Shown: positions 40,398-50,634, counted from the first letter of the stretch. The stretch: DNA of 58,523 nt from Nitrospirae bacterium MYbin3 (GCA_002753335.1 PEAD01000019.1:1-58523), one strand, 5' to 3'. Notes: a model not told the origin generated them from the sequence alone. Numbers and translations: made by a program.

Positions 40398-41911
40398 AAG
40401 AAAGCAGGTACAGAATTTTATGCGTAGATGATGAACAGTCCAATCTTAAGCTGCTGGATGCTATTTTGCTTCCGAGAGGCTTTGAGGTTGTAAAAGCCTC
40501 AAACGGCAAAGAGGCGATGCTTATAGTTCTAAAAGAAAAAATAGATCTCATGCTTCTGGATGTGATGATGCCGGAGATGAATGGCTTTGAAGTGTGCAGG
40601 ACTATACGAGATGTGGATGAGGTTAGACATATACCGGTTGTGCTGATTACCGCGCTCCACGACAAAATGGACAGGATCAAGGGCATTGAGGCAGGCGCCG
40701 ATGACTTTGTTTCCAAGCCCTTTGACAAAGACGAACTGCTTGCAAGGGTAAACATGCTTCTGACGATGAGAAACCTTAATGCGAGGCTCAATACAGCATA
40801 CGAGGGGATGAAAAATATTACCCAGCATGGCCGGGAACTTCTGAAGCATTTTGACCCTCTTAATTTCGACCTTATATTCGAGATAGACAGAGTTGTTAAT
40901 AAGTTTCTGCGTATTGAAGAAAAGGATGCTGACAAGCCCCAAATGATAATTGTGGGTGCGGTCATTGAGAATTATAAAATGACATGGTATGTGTATGAGG
41001 CTTTGTCGGGCAGGATAGAAAAAAGATTGATTGATATACCATATAAGGATGCGGCGAATCTGCCTGTTAATTCAAAGGCGCTTTTTTTCAATGAAGACTA
41101 TATGGAGCAGAGCGGCTTGATGCCTGTTCTGGAAAAGATACCGGGTATAGTGCATCCGATCGAAAATATTGTTTGCTATATCGGCAGCGATATATGTTTT
41201 ATAGCGCTCAACTATGGCAGAATGGTCGGCTCATATGACGCAACGGTGCTGGATTCTTTTGTCTTTCAGACACTGCTGCTAAAGGCTATCTCAGGACAGA
41301 TAAAAGCGGTAGAAGATGCCTTTGAATATGTGGTAAAAGCTCTTGCACGGGCATCGGAAGCAAATGATGAAGACACAGGGAATCACATTCTAAGGGTGGC
41401 CGAAAACTGTGTTGTACTTGCCGAAAAATTAGGGTGTGACAATAAATTCATCAATGAGATAAGGTTTCAGGCGATTATGCACGACGTGGGCAAGATAAGC
41501 ATACCTTCGGGGATACTGAAGAAGCCGGGCAAATTGACGGAAGAAGAGTTTGAGGAGATGAAGAAGCATCCTCTTTACGGCGCGAAGATACTGGGCGACC
41601 ACCCCATGCTAAAAATGGCAAAGGTAATAGCCCTGACTCATCACGAGAAATGGGATGGGAGCGGCTATCCGTATGGGTTTGTAGAAAAGATGACGCCTAT
41701 CGAGGGCAGGATTATGGCTATTGCCGATATCTACGATGCACTCAGAAATGCTCGTGTGTACAAACCGGCTTTTGATCACGAGAAAACCTGCAGAATAATA
41801 CTTGAAGGCGACGGAAGAACTATGCCTTCGCACTTTGACCCTGCGGTGCTGAAAGCCTTTGAGGAATGCGCTCCGAAATTCAAGGAGATATACGAAAGGC
41901 TAAAAGACTAA
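40394..41911 (+). CDS. Response regulator with HD-GYP phosphodiesterase output
   Basis: N-terminal receiver; DTGNHILRV, HDVGK, HHEKWDGSGYP, DIYDALR..RVYK. Confidence 0.92.
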   Translation: MKESRYRILCVDDEQSNLKLLDAILLPRGFEVVKASNGKEAMLIVLKEKIDLMLLDVMMPEMNGFEVCRTIRDVDEVRHIPVVLITALHDKMDRIKGIEAGADDFVSKPFDKDELLARVNMLLTMRNLNARLNTAYEGMKNITQHGRELLKHFDPLNFDLIFEIDRVVNKFLRIEEKDADKPQMIIVGAVIENYKMTWYVYEALSGRIEKRLIDIPYKDAANLPVNSKALFFNEDYMEQSGLMPVLEKIPGIVHPIENIVCYIGSDICFIALNYGRMVGSYDATVLDSFVFQTLLLKAISGQIKAVEDAFEYVVKALARASEANDEDTGNHILRVAENCVVLAEKLGCDNKFINEIRFQAIMHDVGKISIPSGILKKPGKLTEEEFEEMKKHPLYGAKILGDHPMLKMAKVIALTHHEKWDGSGYPYGFVEKMTPIEGRIMAIADIYDALRNARVYKPAFDHEKTCRIILEGDGRTMPSHFDPAVLKAFEECAPKFKEIYERLKD

Positions 41912-41924
41912 CGTTATTTTTGAA

Positions 41925-42860
41925 CTAAACCCCAAGCAACTCTTCTACAGTTATCCTCACAGATTCTGCGAGCGCAGTCAAATCGTATCCTCCCTCTAAA
42001 GCAAAAACAAACGGAACCTCGGCAGACAACAGAATGCTCCGCACAATGCTGCGTATCCCCTCACTAGAAACTGTCAAGCCCGAAAGCGGGTCTCTTCTGT
42101 GAATATCGTAGCCTGCCGAAACCATTACCATATCAGGAGCGAATTTTTTTATGAGTTCAGGAACTGTGCGGCCGTAAATCTGAGAAAACAGATCGTCGCC
42201 GGAGCCATATCCGAGAGGAATGTTGCATGTGTATCCTAACCCCTTGCCGATGCCTTTTTCTGACTCGCCCCCTGTGCCCGGATAATGGGGATGCTGATGG
42301 GTGCTGAAATAAAAAACTGTGTCGTCATCTTCAAACATATGCTGAGTACCGTTGCCGTGATGAACATCAAAATCTATTATAAAAATCTTTTTGTATCCGA
42401 GCTTCTGCGCATATCGTGCACCTATAGCCACATTATTGAAAATGCAAAAACCCATGGCCCTGCCCGCTTCTGCATGGTGTCCGGGCGGCCTGACCGCACA
42501 GAACGCCCTGTCAATTTCACCTGACCTGCGGGTTTCGACAGCCTCTATAACAGCTCCGGCAGCAAATAGCGCCGCTTCGAGAGTATCTTTTGAAATGTAT
42601 GTGTCAGGGTCAAAATGACCGGTCCCAAAATTCTTAATCTTCTGTATATAAGATTCTTTATGAACCAAAGCTATATCAGTAAAATCAGCCTTGCGAGGTT
42701 TAAAGCAATAAAGATAGTTCCAATGAGGTGATGACTTTAAAGACTCCATTATGCTTACAAGCCTTTGCTTTGATTCGGGATGCCCCGCAGGCATATCATG
42801 CCTGAGATAAATGTCATCGTATAGCAAACCCACTTTCCGGATAGGAACAATATCCCTCAC
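41925..42860 (-). CDS. Histone deacetylase family protein
   Basis: HPES..RL, RPPGHHA, GFCIFNN, DFDVHHGNGTQ, SAGYD, LEGGY. Confidence 0.94.
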   Translation of the reverse strand: MRDIVPIRKVGLLYDDIYLRHDMPAGHPESKQRLVSIMESLKSSPHWNYLYCFKPRKADFTDIALVHKESYIQKIKNFGTGHFDPDTYISKDTLEAALFAAGAVIEAVETRRSGEIDRAFCAVRPPGHHAEAGRAMGFCIFNNVAIGARYAQKLGYKKIFIIDFDVHHGNGTQHMFEDDDTVFYFSTHQHPHYPGTGGESEKGIGKGLGYTCNIPLGYGSGDDLFSQIYGRTVPELIKKFAPDMVMVSAGYDIHRRDPLSGLTVSSEGIRSIVRSILLSAEVPFVFALEGGYDLTALAESVRITVEELLGV

Positions 42861-43774
42861 TTGGAGATAACCTCCTTAAGCAGTTTTTCGAGCTCGGCAG
42901 AAGTGGTGTCCTTATCAACTGCGGATGGCTTCTGTTGCTTTTTAGGAGGAACTTTGCCTTCCCCGAACTTCTGAAATATATCTTTGAAGGGCGGCGGTTC
43001 AGTCTTTGCTCCGTCTCTATCAGTCTTGCCCTTATGAAGCTCTGACAGCTTTTTATGCGCAGCTGAAGAGTTGTCAGCAGCAGGGGATTTCTTGACAGGA
43101 GACTTTCTAATAACTCTCTTCTTTGTCTTTTTCTTCGCAGGTTCCAAGACCTTTTCGGGCTCCTTAACATCCTGCTTAACAATAACAGGAGCCTCTATCA
43201 CAGGTGAAGGAGGCGGTTTATTCAGCTCTTCCTGCATCTTCTCATCGATCTTTTTCTCTTCGTCAGCATCATAACGGCTGCCTACAGATTTAACGAGTTC
43301 GAGCCTGCTGCTATCTGAGCTTATCTCTTTTTCTATGTCGCTTACATCAACCGCTCTCGCCTTCGCCTCTGCCAAGCTTTTATAGGCAAGATCAACATAG
43401 TATGCATCAAGGGTTCTGCCCTTTGCTTTCAGGTAATATGCCCTGCCCTTGCCCCTGTACATTTCACCCTGAAGCCTCCTATTCTTTGTGGAGTCTATAA
43501 CCCTGCCGTATGAAACAATGGCCCTGTCATAATCTCTCAGCGCTATATAGCATTCGGATGCAGAGTGATAAAATCCCCATACTTCACTAAACTGCCTGTG
43601 CTGTTTTGCAAGTTTGTAGTTATCTATGGCCCCGGCGCAATCGCCCTCACCTTTACGCTTGTTGCCTTCTGCAATATAGTTCACGCTTGATGCGCTTACT
43701 GATGCAGGGAATGACAAAACAACCGCTAATGCGCACGCAATGCAGATTTTTAGAAAATCAATGCTGTGGCTCAT
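42857..43774 (-). CDS. Exported TPR-like protein with Lys/Pro-rich C-terminal tail
   Basis: Signal peptide; helical repeats (AIDNYKLA, YDRAIVSYGRVI, YRGKGRAYY); low-complexity tail. Confidence 0.6.
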   Translation of the reverse strand: MSHSIDFLKICIACALAVVLSFPASVSASSVNYIAEGNKRKGEGDCAGAIDNYKLAKQHRQFSEVWGFYHSASECYIALRDYDRAIVSYGRVIDSTKNRRLQGEMYRGKGRAYYLKAKGRTLDAYYVDLAYKSLAEAKARAVDVSDIEKEISSDSSRLELVKSVGSRYDADEEKKIDEKMQEELNKPPPSPVIEAPVIVKQDVKEPEKVLEPAKKKTKKRVIRKSPVKKSPAADNSSAAHKKLSELHKGKTDRDGAKTEPPPFKDIFQKFGEGKVPPKKQQKPSAVDKDTTSAELEKLLKEVISK

Positions 43775-44367
43775 TTCAATAAAAATTCACTAATCTCGGA
43801 AATTGCTTTATGGGTCTGGGCTGCAAGGCCGTTCAGCGCAACACCTACAGGTGTACTTTGAAACCCCGGGCTTGTGGTTGGAATAGTTTTTGTTCGCCAT
43901 ATAACATCTACAACCGAATTATGTTTCAAATAGATATCGGAGGTATCAGCATTAACCGTTCGCTTTATCTCTCTGCCTCTGGCTGCGCAGCTCACCTCGG
44001 ATATGGCCCACGCCCTTTTGTAAATCCAGCTTAGAAGCCCGTCTGCCTTAGCCTCATTAACCTCGATAAGCCTCACACCGCATTCAATATCAGATGAAAC
44101 CTGAAGTTCTGAAACCATTCCGGACTTCTGCATCAAACCAGAAAGACGTCCGAAGAAATAATTGCCAAAAGCTTGAGGATAATTCCCGTATATGCCGGAA
44201 CGGCTCTCTGTGCGGATTTCACCGTTGTTATGTTTCAAAACAACTTTGATTCCGGTAGAGTTGTCATCAGCGCAGCTAACAGACAGAAAAGAGACAAAAA
44301 CAAAAATACCTATAAGAAAAATTATCAGAAATGGACCGGCAGGTAATATTCCAATTCTCTTTGTCAT
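43771..44367 (-). CDS. Hypothetical exported/membrane-anchored protein
   Basis: 198-aa ORF with N-terminal hydrophobic segment; ATGA overlap with the next gene. Confidence 0.6.
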   Translation of the reverse strand: MTKRIGILPAGPFLIIFLIGIFVFVSFLSVSCADDNSTGIKVVLKHNNGEIRTESRSGIYGNYPQAFGNYFFGRLSGLMQKSGMVSELQVSSDIECGVRLIEVNEAKADGLLSWIYKRAWAISEVSCAARGREIKRTVNADTSDIYLKHNSVVDVIWRTKTIPTTSPGFQSTPVGVALNGLAAQTHKAISEISEFLLK

Positions 44368-44450
44368 TTGAAGATATTAGCATAAACACAATACAAGGGC
44401 AAATCAAAAACTCAAATAGTGCTAAAACTTCTTGAGAATCAATGAAAAAA

Positions 44451-44480
44451 TTGACTTTTCAGTCTGCAGGGGCTTATTAT
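44451..44480 (+). promoter_or_regulatory. Putative sigma70 promoter of the nifU-like operon
   Basis: TTGACT-N18-TATTAT upstream of AGGAGG and ATG 44512. Confidence 0.5.
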
Positions 44481-44511
44481 TTTTAAAGGTTCTTTTCATT
44501 TAGGAGGAGCA

Positions 44512-44736
44512 ATGATAACGAAAGAACAGATAGTTGGCGCACTCGAAAAAGTGAGGGTTGGGCTGAAGGCAGAGGGCGGAGACATTGAACTTGTAGAAAT
44601 AAAAGACGATATAGTATATGTGAAACTAACAGGCGCGTGCGGCAGTTGCCCTATGTCAACGCTGACGCTAAAAAATTGGGTGGAAACCACTATAAAAAAG
44701 GAAGTGCCGGGAACCAAGGCGGTTCAGGCCATATAA
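44512..44736 (+). CDS. NifU C-terminal/NfuA-type Fe-S carrier
   Basis: EGGDIELV...LTGACGSCPMS..TLK. Confidence 0.92.
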   Translation: MITKEQIVGALEKVRVGLKAEGGDIELVEIKDDIVYVKLTGACGSCPMSTLTLKNWVETTIKKEVPGTKAVQAI

Positions 44737-44740
44737 GGTA

Positions 44741-46129
44741 TTGCGGTACAAAGCTACTGATTTAAAAAAACACGCGAGTTTGAATCTGCTTTTCTTTCTT
44801 TTCTGTTTTTTCATAATGCCAAACCTCTCATTTGCCAATGATCCGATCGAGGTCAAAGGCATTAGACACTGGACAGGCGCCGATAATATGCGCATAGCCA
44901 TTGACCTGAGCGGGCCTGTGGAATTCTCAAAAGCAACCCTGTCAAACCCTGAAAGGCTTTTTTTTGACCTCAAAAACGCCAAGTTGCAAAAGGGTCTGCA
45001 GCCCAACTATCAGATAAACGACAGGCTGGTCAAGTCCATTAGATTAGGCCAAAACACAGCAACTACTGTCAGAATCGTATTCGACCTTGAATCCAGTGAA
45101 TACGAATTCAAGGTGCTTAATTTAGACGATCCGCCAAGGCTTGTTATAGATATTTTGCATAAGGGCTCTAAGATACAGCCAAAACCGGATAAAGAAAAAG
45201 TGAAAGAACGTGAGCCTGCTCCGGAACGCGAAAAAGAAAAAAGAGTCCCGGACAAAACCGAAGCAAGGCCTGCATATAAAAGAATCGTGCTTGATCCCGG
45301 ACACGGCGGACATGATCCGGGTGCGGTTGGGCCGAAAGGACTTTATGAGAAAGATGTGGTTCTGGATGTTGCGCTTAAAACACGTGAAAAGATGAAGATG
45401 GACCATCCGGAATATGAGATAATCCTGACGAGAGAGAAGGATATTTTCATCCCCCTTAGAGAGCGTGCAGAGATAGCAAACAAAAGCAGCGCAGACCTAT
45501 TCATTTCGATACATGCAAACGCCAGTCCGAACAGGCAGGCCCGCGGCATAGAAACTTATCTGCTGAACTGGACCGACGATGCCGAAGCCCTGCGTGTAGC
45601 TGCAAGAGAAAATGACATATCCGTAAAAGAGATGAAAAAAGCGCAGGGCGAGCTCGGGGTAATACTTACCGCCCTAGAAAGAGAAAGCAAGCGTGACGAA
45701 TCTGTAAAGGTGGCTGGCTATGTTCAGAACTCGCTTGTGGCCAATATCACATCAGAGTATCCTGAAGTTTCAAACCACGGAGTAAAGCAGGCTTTGTTCT
45801 ATGTTCTGGTGGGAGCAAAGATGCCATCTGCGCTTGTGGAGGTTTCATTCATAAGCAATAGAGATGAAGAAAAGCTCCTCACAACAGGCGAATACAGAGA
45901 GCGGTTGGCTAATTCTATTGCGTCCGGCATCAACTCTTATTTTTCTACAGCCACACCCCATACTCTTGTTTCATACAAAACGCCGTATAGAAACGGATAC
46001 GACATAAAACCTGCTAAAGAAACAAAATTGACAAAGAAAAATTCTAAGGTAAAAAAAGCATCATCTGCAGCAAAAAAAGGCAAAAAGAAAAAAAGCAAGA
46101 GCGACTTGCAAAACTCCCGCAGAATATAG
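44741..46129 (+). CDS. N-acetylmuramoyl-L-alanine amidase (AMIN + Amidase_3, AmiC-like)
   Basis: AMIN domain (LSNPERLFFDL, DDPPRLVIDI); LDPGHGGHDPGA, EKDV.L, ISIHANA, LVEVSFISN; start uncertain. Confidence 0.92.
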   Translation: MRYKATDLKKHASLNLLFFLFCFFIMPNLSFANDPIEVKGIRHWTGADNMRIAIDLSGPVEFSKATLSNPERLFFDLKNAKLQKGLQPNYQINDRLVKSIRLGQNTATTVRIVFDLESSEYEFKVLNLDDPPRLVIDILHKGSKIQPKPDKEKVKEREPAPEREKEKRVPDKTEARPAYKRIVLDPGHGGHDPGAVGPKGLYEKDVVLDVALKTREKMKMDHPEYEIILTREKDIFIPLRERAEIANKSSADLFISIHANASPNRQARGIETYLLNWTDDAEALRVAARENDISVKEMKKAQGELGVILTALERESKRDESVKVAGYVQNSLVANITSEYPEVSNHGVKQALFYVLVGAKMPSALVEVSFISNRDEEKLLTTGEYRERLANSIASGINSYFSTATPHTLVSYKTPYRNGYDIKPAKETKLTKKNSKVKKASSAAKKGKKKKSKSDLQNSRRI

Positions 46130-46156
46130 GTTTATAGCCGCCGCCCTTTTTTACAA

Positions 46157-47722
46157 ATGCTCGATTATTTAATCAAAAACAGCGCTATTATAGACGGCAC
46201 AGGAAATGAACCTTTCGAGGCCAACCTCGGCATCGAAGCAAACACCATAGTTTTTTTAGGTGACGACTCACCTAAAGCCAAATATGAAATAGACGCAACA
46301 GGTCTCTTCACATGCCCCGGACTTATCGATACCCACGCACATTCCGAATTCACGTTATTGGCGGACGGCAGGGCTGAAGGCAAGCTTTCACAGGGCGTTA
46401 CAACAGAGATTAACGGCAACTGCGGTCTTTCGGCAGCCCCGCTTTTAGGAGAAGCCTTTGAACGCAGACAGGCTGACATGAATGAGCTCGGCATCAAAGA
46501 GCGGTGGCACACCTTTGATGAATATTTCTCCCTGCTCGAAAAAAAAGGCATAGCTATAAACTTTGCCACACTTTGCGGCCACGGAAACATACGCGGTTCT
46601 GTAGTGGGATACAAAAATATTCCGGCCGATAAAAATGAACAGATAAAGATGAATGCACTGCTTGAAGATGCCATGAACTCGGGCTCAAGAGGGCTCTCCA
46701 CAGGCCTCATATATCCTCCTGGCATTTTCTCGAATACGGATGAACTTGTAGAACTTGCAAAAACCGCCGCATCAAAAGGCGGGATATACGCGTCGCATAT
46801 GAGAAGCGAAGGCGACAGGCTTATCGAATCAATTGATGAGACAATAGAGATAGGCCGCAAATCAGGCATCCCTGTTCACATATCGCATATAAAAACAGCG
46901 GGCGAGCGCAACTGGATGAAGGCTGACGATGCCATCTCTGCAATCGAAGAAGCAAAAAAATATGGCATCAGACTGACCTGCGACCGTTATCCATACATCG
47001 CATCCAGCACAGATCTCGACACAGTGCTTCCGTCGTGGGTGTATGAAGGCGGTTATGAAGACGAGCTTAAAAGGCTTAAGTCTCCGGATACGCTGAAAAA
47101 AATAAAAGCAGAACTATCAGCAAATGACGAGAAATACTGGGGCAAAATATATGTGGCCACCACCGTAAAAGAGCATAACCGCTGGATGGAAGGCGAAAGC
47201 ATATCGGCAATAGCCGCGAAGCTCGGCAAAAGACCTGATGATGCGCTGATCGAAATACTTATAGACGAAGAGGTAAGGACCAGCGCGGTTTTCTTTTCTA
47301 TGAACGAGGACAACCTGAGAAAATTTCTTCGCCTCCCCTATTCGATGATAGGCTCTGACAGCTCGGTGCGTTCGTTTACAGGAGTTACAAGCAGCGGGAA
47401 ACCGCATCCTAGGGGATTTGGCAGCTTTCCAAAAGTAATAGCAACCTATGCACGGGATGAAAAACTCTTTTCGCTGCAGGAAGCGATAAAAAGAATGACT
47501 TCATTGTCAGCAGAAACATTCAAACTGCAAAAACGCGGCCTCTTAAAGACAGGTTTTTTCGCCGACATTTTAGTATTCGATTACAACAAAATACGCGACA
47601 CCGAGATATTCAAACAACCATTCACCAAGGCCGAAGGTGTTGAGCATGTTTTTGTAAACGGCATTCACGCGCTGAATCACGGCGAATTTACCGGCAGCCT
47701 CTCTGGAAGGATACTGAGATAA
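46157..47722 (+). CDS. N-acyl-D-amino-acid deacylase (D-aminoacylase)
   Basis: PGLIDTHAHS, QGVTTEINGNCG.S, STGLIYPPG, HMRSE, HISHIK, PHPRGFGSFP. Confidence 0.9.
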   Translation: MLDYLIKNSAIIDGTGNEPFEANLGIEANTIVFLGDDSPKAKYEIDATGLFTCPGLIDTHAHSEFTLLADGRAEGKLSQGVTTEINGNCGLSAAPLLGEAFERRQADMNELGIKERWHTFDEYFSLLEKKGIAINFATLCGHGNIRGSVVGYKNIPADKNEQIKMNALLEDAMNSGSRGLSTGLIYPPGIFSNTDELVELAKTAASKGGIYASHMRSEGDRLIESIDETIEIGRKSGIPVHISHIKTAGERNWMKADDAISAIEEAKKYGIRLTCDRYPYIASSTDLDTVLPSWVYEGGYEDELKRLKSPDTLKKIKAELSANDEKYWGKIYVATTVKEHNRWMEGESISAIAAKLGKRPDDALIEILIDEEVRTSAVFFSMNEDNLRKFLRLPYSMIGSDSSVRSFTGVTSSGKPHPRGFGSFPKVIATYARDEKLFSLQEAIKRMTSLSAETFKLQKRGLLKTGFFADILVFDYNKIRDTEIFKQPFTKAEGVEHVFVNGIHALNHGEFTGSLSGRILR

Positions 47723-48390
47723 AACCGCTTATCGGCATCACGTCCGATATGGACGATGACTTCTTTAAACTCAAACACGGATATGTATCTGCAATCGAAA
47801 ATAATGGCGGAATTCCGATAATTTTAGCACCGCAAAAGAATATAACAGAGCTTGCGTACAAAATAGACGGCCTGCTTATCTCGGGCGGCAGCGACATAAT
47901 TCCTGAATATTACGGAGAATCAATCTCTGTGCCTCTTGAATGCCTCAAGTTTGCAAAAAAAGAAAGAACCGATTTTGAACTTGCATTGCTTAAGGAATGC
48001 TTGAAGAGAGAAGTCCCAATTTTTGCGATCTGCTACGGTATGCAGCTCATCAATGTGGCATTCGGCGGCAGTATCTACCAAGACATAAGCCATACTATGC
48101 CCAATGCGTTAGAGCACAAGAACAACATGCACGAAATAAAACTCGAGCCTGTATTGGGGTTTCAGGCACGGACAGCCACAGTCAACTCATCGCATCATCA
48201 GGCGCTAAAAACAGTCGCTAATGGTTTTGCGGTGTTCGCTGCTTCTGAAGACGGCATAGTTGAAGGCATTATCAAAAAAGACTATACTTTCATGGTAGGT
48301 GCTCAATGGCATCCTGAACGTATTCAGGATGAAGCTCTTTCTGCATCGCTTTTTAGGTCGTTCATAAATAAAGCTCAAGGGATAAGATAA
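47719..48390 (+). CDS. Peptidase C26 (gamma-glutamyl hydrolase/PuuD-like glutamine amidotransferase)
   Basis: DGLLISGG.DI.P..YG, AICYGMQ..NV, VNSSHHQA, QWHPE. The family N-terminus KPLIGIT lies upstream of the track's ATG 47749 and begins at ATA 47719. Confidence 0.88.
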   Translation: MKPLIGITSDMDDDFFKLKHGYVSAIENNGGIPIILAPQKNITELAYKIDGLLISGGSDIIPEYYGESISVPLECLKFAKKERTDFELALLKECLKREVPIFAICYGMQLINVAFGGSIYQDISHTMPNALEHKNNMHEIKLEPVLGFQARTATVNSSHHQALKTVANGFAVFAASEDGIVEGIIKKDYTFMVGAQWHPERIQDEALSASLFRSFINKAQGIR

Positions 48391-48395
48391 AAAAT

Positions 48396-49466
48396 ATGCA
48401 AACCAACAGATTCTATATTTTAGCCAGCACAGCCTTGCTGCTACTGCTCGGCTACCTGACCTATGGAATACTTCAGCCCTTCCTTGCCCCGCTCGCATGG
48501 GCAATTGTTATTTCAATAGTCTTCTATCCTGTTTATGCCTATATTCTGAGATACTTAAAATGGCCTGTTGCTGCATCCCTTGCAGTGCTTTTGCTTATAA
48601 CCATAGTCCTTATAGGTCCATTTTCATACACATTTTATCTGCTGATTGATGAAGCCCGGAGCCTTTCGGAATCCTTCGACAGGGGGCAGCTGGAATCTGT
48701 AAAAAATGTTTTAAACCATCCAACAATAAATAAGGTGACCAGAAACATCGGACGGATTTTCAATCTATCTCTTGCTGACGTACAGATGCAGAAGCAACTG
48801 ACAGAGAGCCTGTCAAAGGTCGGAAAAACCATCATCAGCATGATACCCACCGGCATAGGAAACGTAATGTCTGCATTGGTCAACTTTGTATTCATGATGT
48901 TCGCGGTATTCTTTATTCTTAAAGACGGCTCAAGTTTCATGAAGAAGCTGCGTGATTATCTCCCGTTCTCGGAAGAAAATAAAAACACGCTTACCGTTCA
49001 GGTCAAAGACGTAGTAGTGTCAACCATCTACGGAGGTGTAGTTGTAGCAATTGTACAAGGCATAATAGGCGGCATAACCTACGCGCTTCTCGGAACCCAC
49101 TCTCCAGTCTTGTGGGGGCTTGCAACCGCCATATCATCATTCATCCCGCTTGTAGGAACCTTTGCGGTATGGGGCGTTATAGCAGCCTATTTTTTCATAC
49201 AAGGCACGATTTGGAAAGGTGTTGTAATGATTGTTGTGGGAGTGTTAGGGATCAGCATGGTGGACAATGTTCTAAAACCGATTATCATCGGCAGCAAAAC
49301 CAAAATGCATATTCTTGTCATTTTCTTCAGCGTGCTCGGAGGAATAAACTTTTTCGGACTCATAGGGCTTATAATGGGGCCTCTTGTTGTGGCGGTATTT
49401 ATTTCTGTATTGAAAATATTCAAAGACATCGAAAGCGGCCAGAGTTCGCTGACCGAGAAAAGTTAA
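48396..49466 (+). CDS. AI-2E family transporter
   Basis: PFL.PL.WA, FFILKDG, SFIPLVG, DNVLKP.IIG, GGINFFG..GLIMGP. Confidence 0.9.
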   Translation: MQTNRFYILASTALLLLLGYLTYGILQPFLAPLAWAIVISIVFYPVYAYILRYLKWPVAASLAVLLLITIVLIGPFSYTFYLLIDEARSLSESFDRGQLESVKNVLNHPTINKVTRNIGRIFNLSLADVQMQKQLTESLSKVGKTIISMIPTGIGNVMSALVNFVFMMFAVFFILKDGSSFMKKLRDYLPFSEENKNTLTVQVKDVVVSTIYGGVVVAIVQGIIGGITYALLGTHSPVLWGLATAISSFIPLVGTFAVWGVIAAYFFIQGTIWKGVVMIVVGVLGISMVDNVLKPIIIGSKTKMHILVIFFSVLGGINFFGLIGLIMGPLVVAVFISVLKIFKDIESGQSSLTEKS

Positions 49467-50482
49467 TACACTCTGTCGGCGCAGGCAAGAAATTCCTTTA
49501 CATTGCCCAGCGGAGTATCAAGAGGAATATCACAGGACGGCATAAGAATTAGTTCCTGAAACGGATCAGAAATTCCGGCAATACAATCCGCAACAGCCTT
49601 ACGTATCAAGGCAGCATCCCCAGCCAGAACGGTATTAATGACATCCACGTTTCCTGCCGTAACGGTGGTTTCATGATACATCTTATAGACCTCGCCTATT
49701 GATACGCCTGCATCAAGAGAGATGCAATCAGCTCCGGTTTCAGTATATAGATCGAGCTGGTGCCTGATATCCCCGCATTGATGCAGAAAACATGCAATGC
49801 CATATTTTTTTGCCTTCTCAAAAAGCTTCCTTTCACAGGGAAGAACAATCTCCACGTAAAGATCGTTTGGAATCAGCGTTACAGCGCCATCAGGTATTGC
49901 AATGCCGTCAATAATACGCCGCTCCATAAGCGGCTCTAAAAAAGCGGAAGAGAGTCGCACACCAAGCTCGCACACTTCACGAACAAAATTCTTGTCCGAT
50001 ACAACCTTGTCACGAAGAAGATTCCATTCACAGAGAATCATCGCCCATGTAAAAGGTCCCCATGATGTGACGCAAAGAAACCTGTCAGGCAGGCGTTTTC
50101 TCAAATGCGTTATCATTTCAACCAATGCCGCTGTATGCGGAGAATGAGATATATCAACCTCTTCAAGGCAGCGGGCATCCTCGGCTTTTTGAATTATAGG
50201 AAAAGAAAGCAGAGGCGCCTGTTCACCCTTAAATGCAAGATCTCCGCCGATCGCCTCTGCAGGAAAAGTATTAAGACCGGATCCGGCAAAGATTATATCG
50301 GTATCAAGGCCTTCAAACAAATCAGAAAGTCTTTCTGCAGAATAATCAGGCTTTTCTTTCAGTTGTTCGATCTTCAAGCAGGCCTGACGATATGCCCATC
50401 GCCCTCCCCCAAACAAAGCCCTCGGTATTCGGTCGCTGCGCATTCCGCTTAAAACCTGTTTTATAAACTCTCTCCGTTCCAC
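49463..50482 (-). CDS. Uroporphyrinogen decarboxylase superfamily protein, MtaA/CmuA-like methyltransferase type
   Basis: AEAIGG, GPFT.A, LHQCGD, GNVD, MPSCD.P..TP..NV. Confidence 0.75.
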   Translation of the reverse strand: MERREFIKQVLSGMRSDRIPRALFGGGRWAYRQACLKIEQLKEKPDYSAERLSDLFEGLDTDIIFAGSGLNTFPAEAIGGDLAFKGEQAPLLSFPIIQKAEDARCLEEVDISHSPHTAALVEMITHLRKRLPDRFLCVTSWGPFTWAMILCEWNLLRDKVVSDKNFVREVCELGVRLSSAFLEPLMERRIIDGIAIPDGAVTLIPNDLYVEIVLPCERKLFEKAKKYGIACFLHQCGDIRHQLDLYTETGADCISLDAGVSIGEVYKMYHETTVTAGNVDVINTVLAGDAALIRKAVADCIAGISDPFQELILMPSCDIPLDTPLGNVKEFLACADRVY

Positions 50483-50634
50483 CTTCGGCAGTATAACACA
50501 GGAATTGCAACACCATATATTCCATGACTCTATTTATTATCTGCGGCTAAGGCAAATGGATTATCTAGCCAGAAAAAAATAGAACCGTCAGGGCATCTCC
50601 TTCATTCACCAGTATTCTGCCCCCAAATTTCAAG

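Noticed and set aside
44377..44425. Possible CIRCE (HrcA) element
   Set aside because: Only one half-site-like AGTGCTAA; no TTAGCACTC at the 9-nt spacing
46165..46869. Long antisense ORFs (e.g. 46165-46869, 14921-15568, 40378-40965, 5065-5628)
   Set aside because: They are shadows of well-supported genes on the opposite strand and have no recognisable motifs
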